DNA of 64,000 nucleotides, taken from assembly GCA_965214705.1 (NCBI GenBank), contig CBDCCI010000002.1, forward strand, positions 32,001 through 96,000. Reading direction: 5' to 3'. The stretch is from Alphaproteobacteria bacterium (GTDB taxonomy: Bacteria > Pseudomonadota > Alphaproteobacteria > UBA828). Each line of letters starts with the position of its first letter. Position 1 is the stretch's first letter. The notes below the pieces were generated by a model. That model made no database searches, was not told the origin of the DNA, and worked only from the letters and a program-made list of their open reading frames with translations. This document shows, one piece after another, positions 60,749 to 64,000 of the stretch. The position numbers and the translations under genes are program-made.

Positions 60749-62772
60749 GTGTGCTGGGCAGCGCCCAGATCAGGTGGGTTCAAGTCCCACTGGCGCTCGG
60801 GTAAGGGGCGCCATATCCAAAAGTGGGGGTAATTCCTCACTGGCCGGAGTGAGCCGATAAGCGAAACTCTAAACGGGCACGAAGCCGGAAACGGCGGAGA
60901 CAGCCAAGGGAGGAGCTAAGTTGGTCCACTGTCGAAAGACAACCGGAAGGCAGGGTGTCCACCGCGAGGTGGAATCTGAAGGGCTTGCGGAGAAGTACCG
61001 GGCCGTAATCGAGGGGGCCACCCCATGATGAATCGGTCGGCCAAAGACGGGGCAAGGTCGAGCCGGCACTATGGCGGCGAAGGCGTTCTTACCCACCCGT
61101 CGCACCAAGGTGTTTGCGAGCGGCACGGTACGGAAGATCTGGACGTGACCCCAGGAGGGCTCGCCGCGTTCCCGGGTGGCACCGGGATAACGGACCCTAT
61201 AAGCCGAAAGGCGAAATGGGAAAGGATGCGCGGCGAGCAATCGGACAACCGAATAGTACCTGAAGCCCGGCGAAAGCCGGGTGACCGCGCGAGCGGCGGC
61301 CGTGTGGGCCGGGGAAGTCGGTTGGCAGAGGTGGTCGGCGAGAGACAGCGATGAGTGAGTAAGGACCATGACGCGGACAAGTTCCTTGAGCGAAAGACCC
61401 GGACATCATGGCCCGAGGAGACTCATCGACTGGATCAACCCGGCGGGTGACAGGAAGGTCCACTCACTGGTGGACAAGGTGTACAAGCGGAAGAACCTTG
61501 AGGTGGCCTGGGAAAAGGTGAAGCGCAACCGGGGTGCCGGTGGCGTGGACGGAGAGGATTTAGCGGCGTTCGAGGCATCGCTGGATGCAAATCTCGATCG
61601 CCTGCACCGGGAGTTGCGGGACGGTGAGTATCACCCGCAGCCGGTTCTCCAATGCCTGATCCCCAAGGCGGGCCAGCCGGGGAAGTTCCGCCCGCTCGGC
61701 ATCCCGACAATCTACGACCGGGTGTGCCAGCAGGCGCTGCTGAACCGGCTGGAACCGATCTTCGAGCCGGTGTTCGACGATGCCAACTACGGGTACCGGC
61801 AAGGAAGGTCTGCCCATGGAGCGTTACGCAAGATATGGAGGGAACTGGACGAGGGCAACGAGTGGGTTCTCGATGCGGATTTGAAAGACTTTTTCGGGTC
61901 CGTGGACCACGAAAAGCTCCTCGAACTCGTCAACCAGCGAGTCTCGGATGGCCGGGTATTAGGTCTGCTCAGGCAGATGCTCACGGCCGGGGTGGTGGCC
62001 GACGGTAAGAGGCTGCCGACCGAACAGGGCACTCCGCAGGGCGGCATCGTTTCACCGCTGCTCAGCAATATCTTGCTGACCCCGTTCGATTGGGAAATGC
62101 GTCGTCGCGGCTATCGACTAACGCGATACGCCGATGATTGGCTGATCACGTGCCGCACACGCGGGGAAGCCCGCGCAGCACTGGAGACGGCCAGGCGGAT
62201 TCTGGCAAAGCTGGGTGTGTCCCTCAACGCCGGGAAGACCCGCATTGTCCATGTCAGGCACGGGTTTGAGTTCCTCGGCTACAAGATCAAGCAGGGCGAG
62301 CGGCCTCTCCGGCTGTCGTCCTCCAAGATCAAGAGCGGGGTTCGCGGGGGAGCGCGCTACGCGGTTCCGCGTGAGAAATCCATCCGGCACTTCAAGGACC
62401 AGATTCGCCAGCGTACCCGGCGCAAGGCTCCTGTCAGCACGCAGGAGCTGATTGACGAGATCAACCCGATCATTCGGGGATGGGGCCAATACTATTGCAA
62501 GGCCCACGTCCGCGGGCTCTTCCACCAGCTTGACGGCTGGATCGTGCGGCGGCTCTGGTCGCATCGTCGCAAGCGCTGGCGCAACGCTGGCTGGAAACAG
62601 TTGCCGGAGCGCAAGCTGATCGACGAATACGGGCTTGTTCGCCTGATCTCACTGGTTCCGTCCTTGAACCTTCGTTGAGACACCTTTGTGAAAGCGGCTT
62701 ACGGGAAAACCGTACGGGCCGTTTGAGCGGCGGACGGAGGCTAGCCTCGCGGGGCGCCTCCTCCGACCCGAC
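60749..62772 (+). mobile_element. Group II intron B, copy 2 (intact, 2024 nt)
   Basis: 5' GTGTG, DV AAGCGGCTTACGGGAAAACCGTACGGGCCGTTT, 3' CCGAC. Confidence 0.93.
61368..62678 (+). CDS. ltrA: Group II intron RT/maturase, 436 aa, no endonuclease domain seen
   Basis: GAGGVDG, RPLGIPT, DADLKDFF, GTPQGG, RYADD, FLGY, NPIIRGWGQYY. Confidence 0.95.
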   Translation: MTRTSSLSERPGHHGPRRLIDWINPAGDRKVHSLVDKVYKRKNLEVAWEKVKRNRGAGGVDGEDLAAFEASLDANLDRLHRELRDGEYHPQPVLQCLIPKAGQPGKFRPLGIPTIYDRVCQQALLNRLEPIFEPVFDDANYGYRQGRSAHGALRKIWRELDEGNEWVLDADLKDFFGSVDHEKLLELVNQRVSDGRVLGLLRQMLTAGVVADGKRLPTEQGTPQGGIVSPLLSNILLTPFDWEMRRRGYRLTRYADDWLITCRTRGEARAALETARRILAKLGVSLNAGKTRIVHVRHGFEFLGYKIKQGERPLRLSSSKIKSGVRGGARYAVPREKSIRHFKDQIRQRTRRKAPVSTQELIDEINPIIRGWGQYYCKAHVRGLFHQLDGWIVRRLWSHRRKRWRNAGWKQLPERKLIDEYGLVRLISLVPSLNLR

Positions 62773-62890
62773 AGCGATGAAGTCGGCGAACAAGGGGCCG
62801 CGAGGTCCGGCGGAGCCGATGAAGCGAAGGGCCGGAACCGAGAGGAATCCGCGACGCGAAAGCACGCGCCGGACGCAGAGCCGGGAAAGC

Positions 62891-64000
62891 GTGTCCCAGG
62901 CCGCCGAGCGGATACGGCAAACTGCAACGAGGAAGCCGCGGGAGAAGCTGACGGCGCTCTTGCATCATGTCACGCCGGACGCGCTGCGCTGGGCCTTCCA
63001 CGCGCTGAAGCGGGACGCCGCAGCGGGGGTAGACGGCATGACATGGGCTCAGTACGCGGAGGGGCTGGAAGAGCGGCTGCTCGACCTTCACCGTCGCGTA
63101 CAGACCGGAGCGTATCGGGCGCCGCCGGTCCGGCGGGTAGAGATACCCAAGCCAGACGGCGGGACACGACCGCTCGGCGTCGCCGCGCTAGAGGACAAGA
63201 TCGTCCAGAAGGCGGTGACGGAGATTATCCTGACGCCAATTTACGAGCCGGCCTTCCTCGGGTTCAGCTATGGGTTCCGTCCGGGGCGTGGGGCGCACGA
63301 CGCGCTCGATGCTCTGGCGTACGGGATCGACCGACGCCGGGTCAACTGGATCGTTGACGCCGACATCCGTGGGTTCTTCGATAACCTGGACAGGAACTGG
63401 ACGCTCCGGTTCTTGGGCCATCGCATCGGGGATCGGCGGGCACTCCGGCTGATCGCCAAGTGGCTCAACGCGGGCGTCATCGAAGAGGGCGCATGGTCAG
63501 ACACGCTGGTGGGCACCCCGCAAGGGGCGGTGGCTTCGCCGATTCTCGCGAACGTCTACCTCCACTATGTGCTCGACCTGTGGTTCCAGAAATGGCGTTC
63601 GCGGACGGCCTGCGGCGACACGATCATCGTGCGTTACGCCGATGATTTTGTGGTCGGTTTCGAGCACAAGAGCGACGCGGAACGGTTCCTGCGCGACTTG
63701 AAGGCGAGGCTGGCTTTGTTCTCGCTCGACCTCCACCCGGACAAGACGCGGCTCATCGAGTTTGGCCAGCGGGCGATCGCACGCCGGCGGGCGCGAGGCG
63801 AGCGGCGTCCCGAAACGTTCGACTTCCTCGGGTTCACGCATTACTGCCGGACCACGAGGACCGGACGTCCCGGTCTGGGCCGGAAACCGATGCGAAGCCG
63901 GGTCAACCGAACCCTCAAGCGCATCAAGGCCGAACTGCGCCGAAGGATGCACCATGACCGGTACGAGGTTGCAAAATGGCTTGGGAGGGTCGTGGACGGA
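62891..64000 (+). CDS. ltrA: Group II intron RT/maturase of intron C (runs off the window; absent from the ORF track)
   Basis: Manual translation from GTG: KLTALLHHV, AAGVDG, RPLGVAALEDK, YGFRPGR, DADIRGFFD, GTPQGA, RYADD, FDFLGFTH. Confidence 0.9.
   Translation, partial: MSQAAERIRQTATRKPREKLTALLHHVTPDALRWAFHALKRDAAAGVDGMTWAQYAEGLEERLLDLHRRVQTGAYRAPPVRRVEIPKPDGGTRPLGVAALEDKIVQKAVTEIILTPIYEPAFLGFSYGFRPGRGAHDALDALAYGIDRRRVNWIVDADIRGFFDNLDRNWTLRFLGHRIGDRRALRLIAKWLNAGVIEEGAWSDTLVGTPQGAVASPILANVYLHYVLDLWFQKWRSRTACGDTIIVRYADDFVVGFEHKSDAERFLRDLKARLALFSLDLHPDKTRLIEFGQRAIARRRARGERRPETFDFLGFTHYCRTTRTGRPGLGRKPMRSRVNRTLKRIKAELRRRMHHDRYEVAKWLGRVVDG

Larger units (their letters stand above)
60354..64000 (+). 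mobile_element. Group II intron C (class E-like), host of intron B2; 3' end outside window
   Basis: Start GAGCGCC..GGCGC stem; EBS1 CTCATC (60538-60543) pairs with IBS1 GATGAG (60348-60353); DIII rejoins across intron B2. Confidence 0.8.

Noticed and set aside
478-64000. Diversity-generating retroelement acting on the porins
   Set aside because: All RTs have group II features (GTPQG, YADD, maturase domain, DV/DVI where visible). No avd or TR/VR pair was seen, and porin differences include indels and are not adenine-specific.

Overview
A high-GC, alphaproteobacterial-looking accessory region (lineage inferred from the porin, plasmid-backbone and IS types), with no rRNA, tRNA or CRISPR array. 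Three porin-terminator-sulfotransferase cassettes frame a ~45 kb plasmid-like island carrying ssb, a toprim protein, DUF2493, parDE and many IS. Two cassettes are divergent at the left end and one lies at 51.4-53.5 kb. Main observations: (1) A 2024-nt group II intron (B) occurs twice. Each copy sits inside a different host group II intron, at the same conserved domain III motif (TAGT|AG), and its EBS1 (ACUAUG) pairs with both sites. (2) A large-serine-recombinase element has integrated into plasmid ssb at a CG core and carries an intact replacement ssb with an extra codon beside the core. Its DUF5372-type gene gains an in-frame ATG only in the excised circle. (3) The three porins are mosaic paralogues, and one is decapitated at its beta-signal by IS1634. 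(4) A tyrosine recombinase + IS91-type element with 14-bp IRs and a terminal 19-bp hairpin splits a secreted-protein gene. (5) An IS66-like/DUF4338 element has 220-bp terminal inverted repeats. Family names come from motif recognition by eye, not database searches. Junction coordinates were counted manually.
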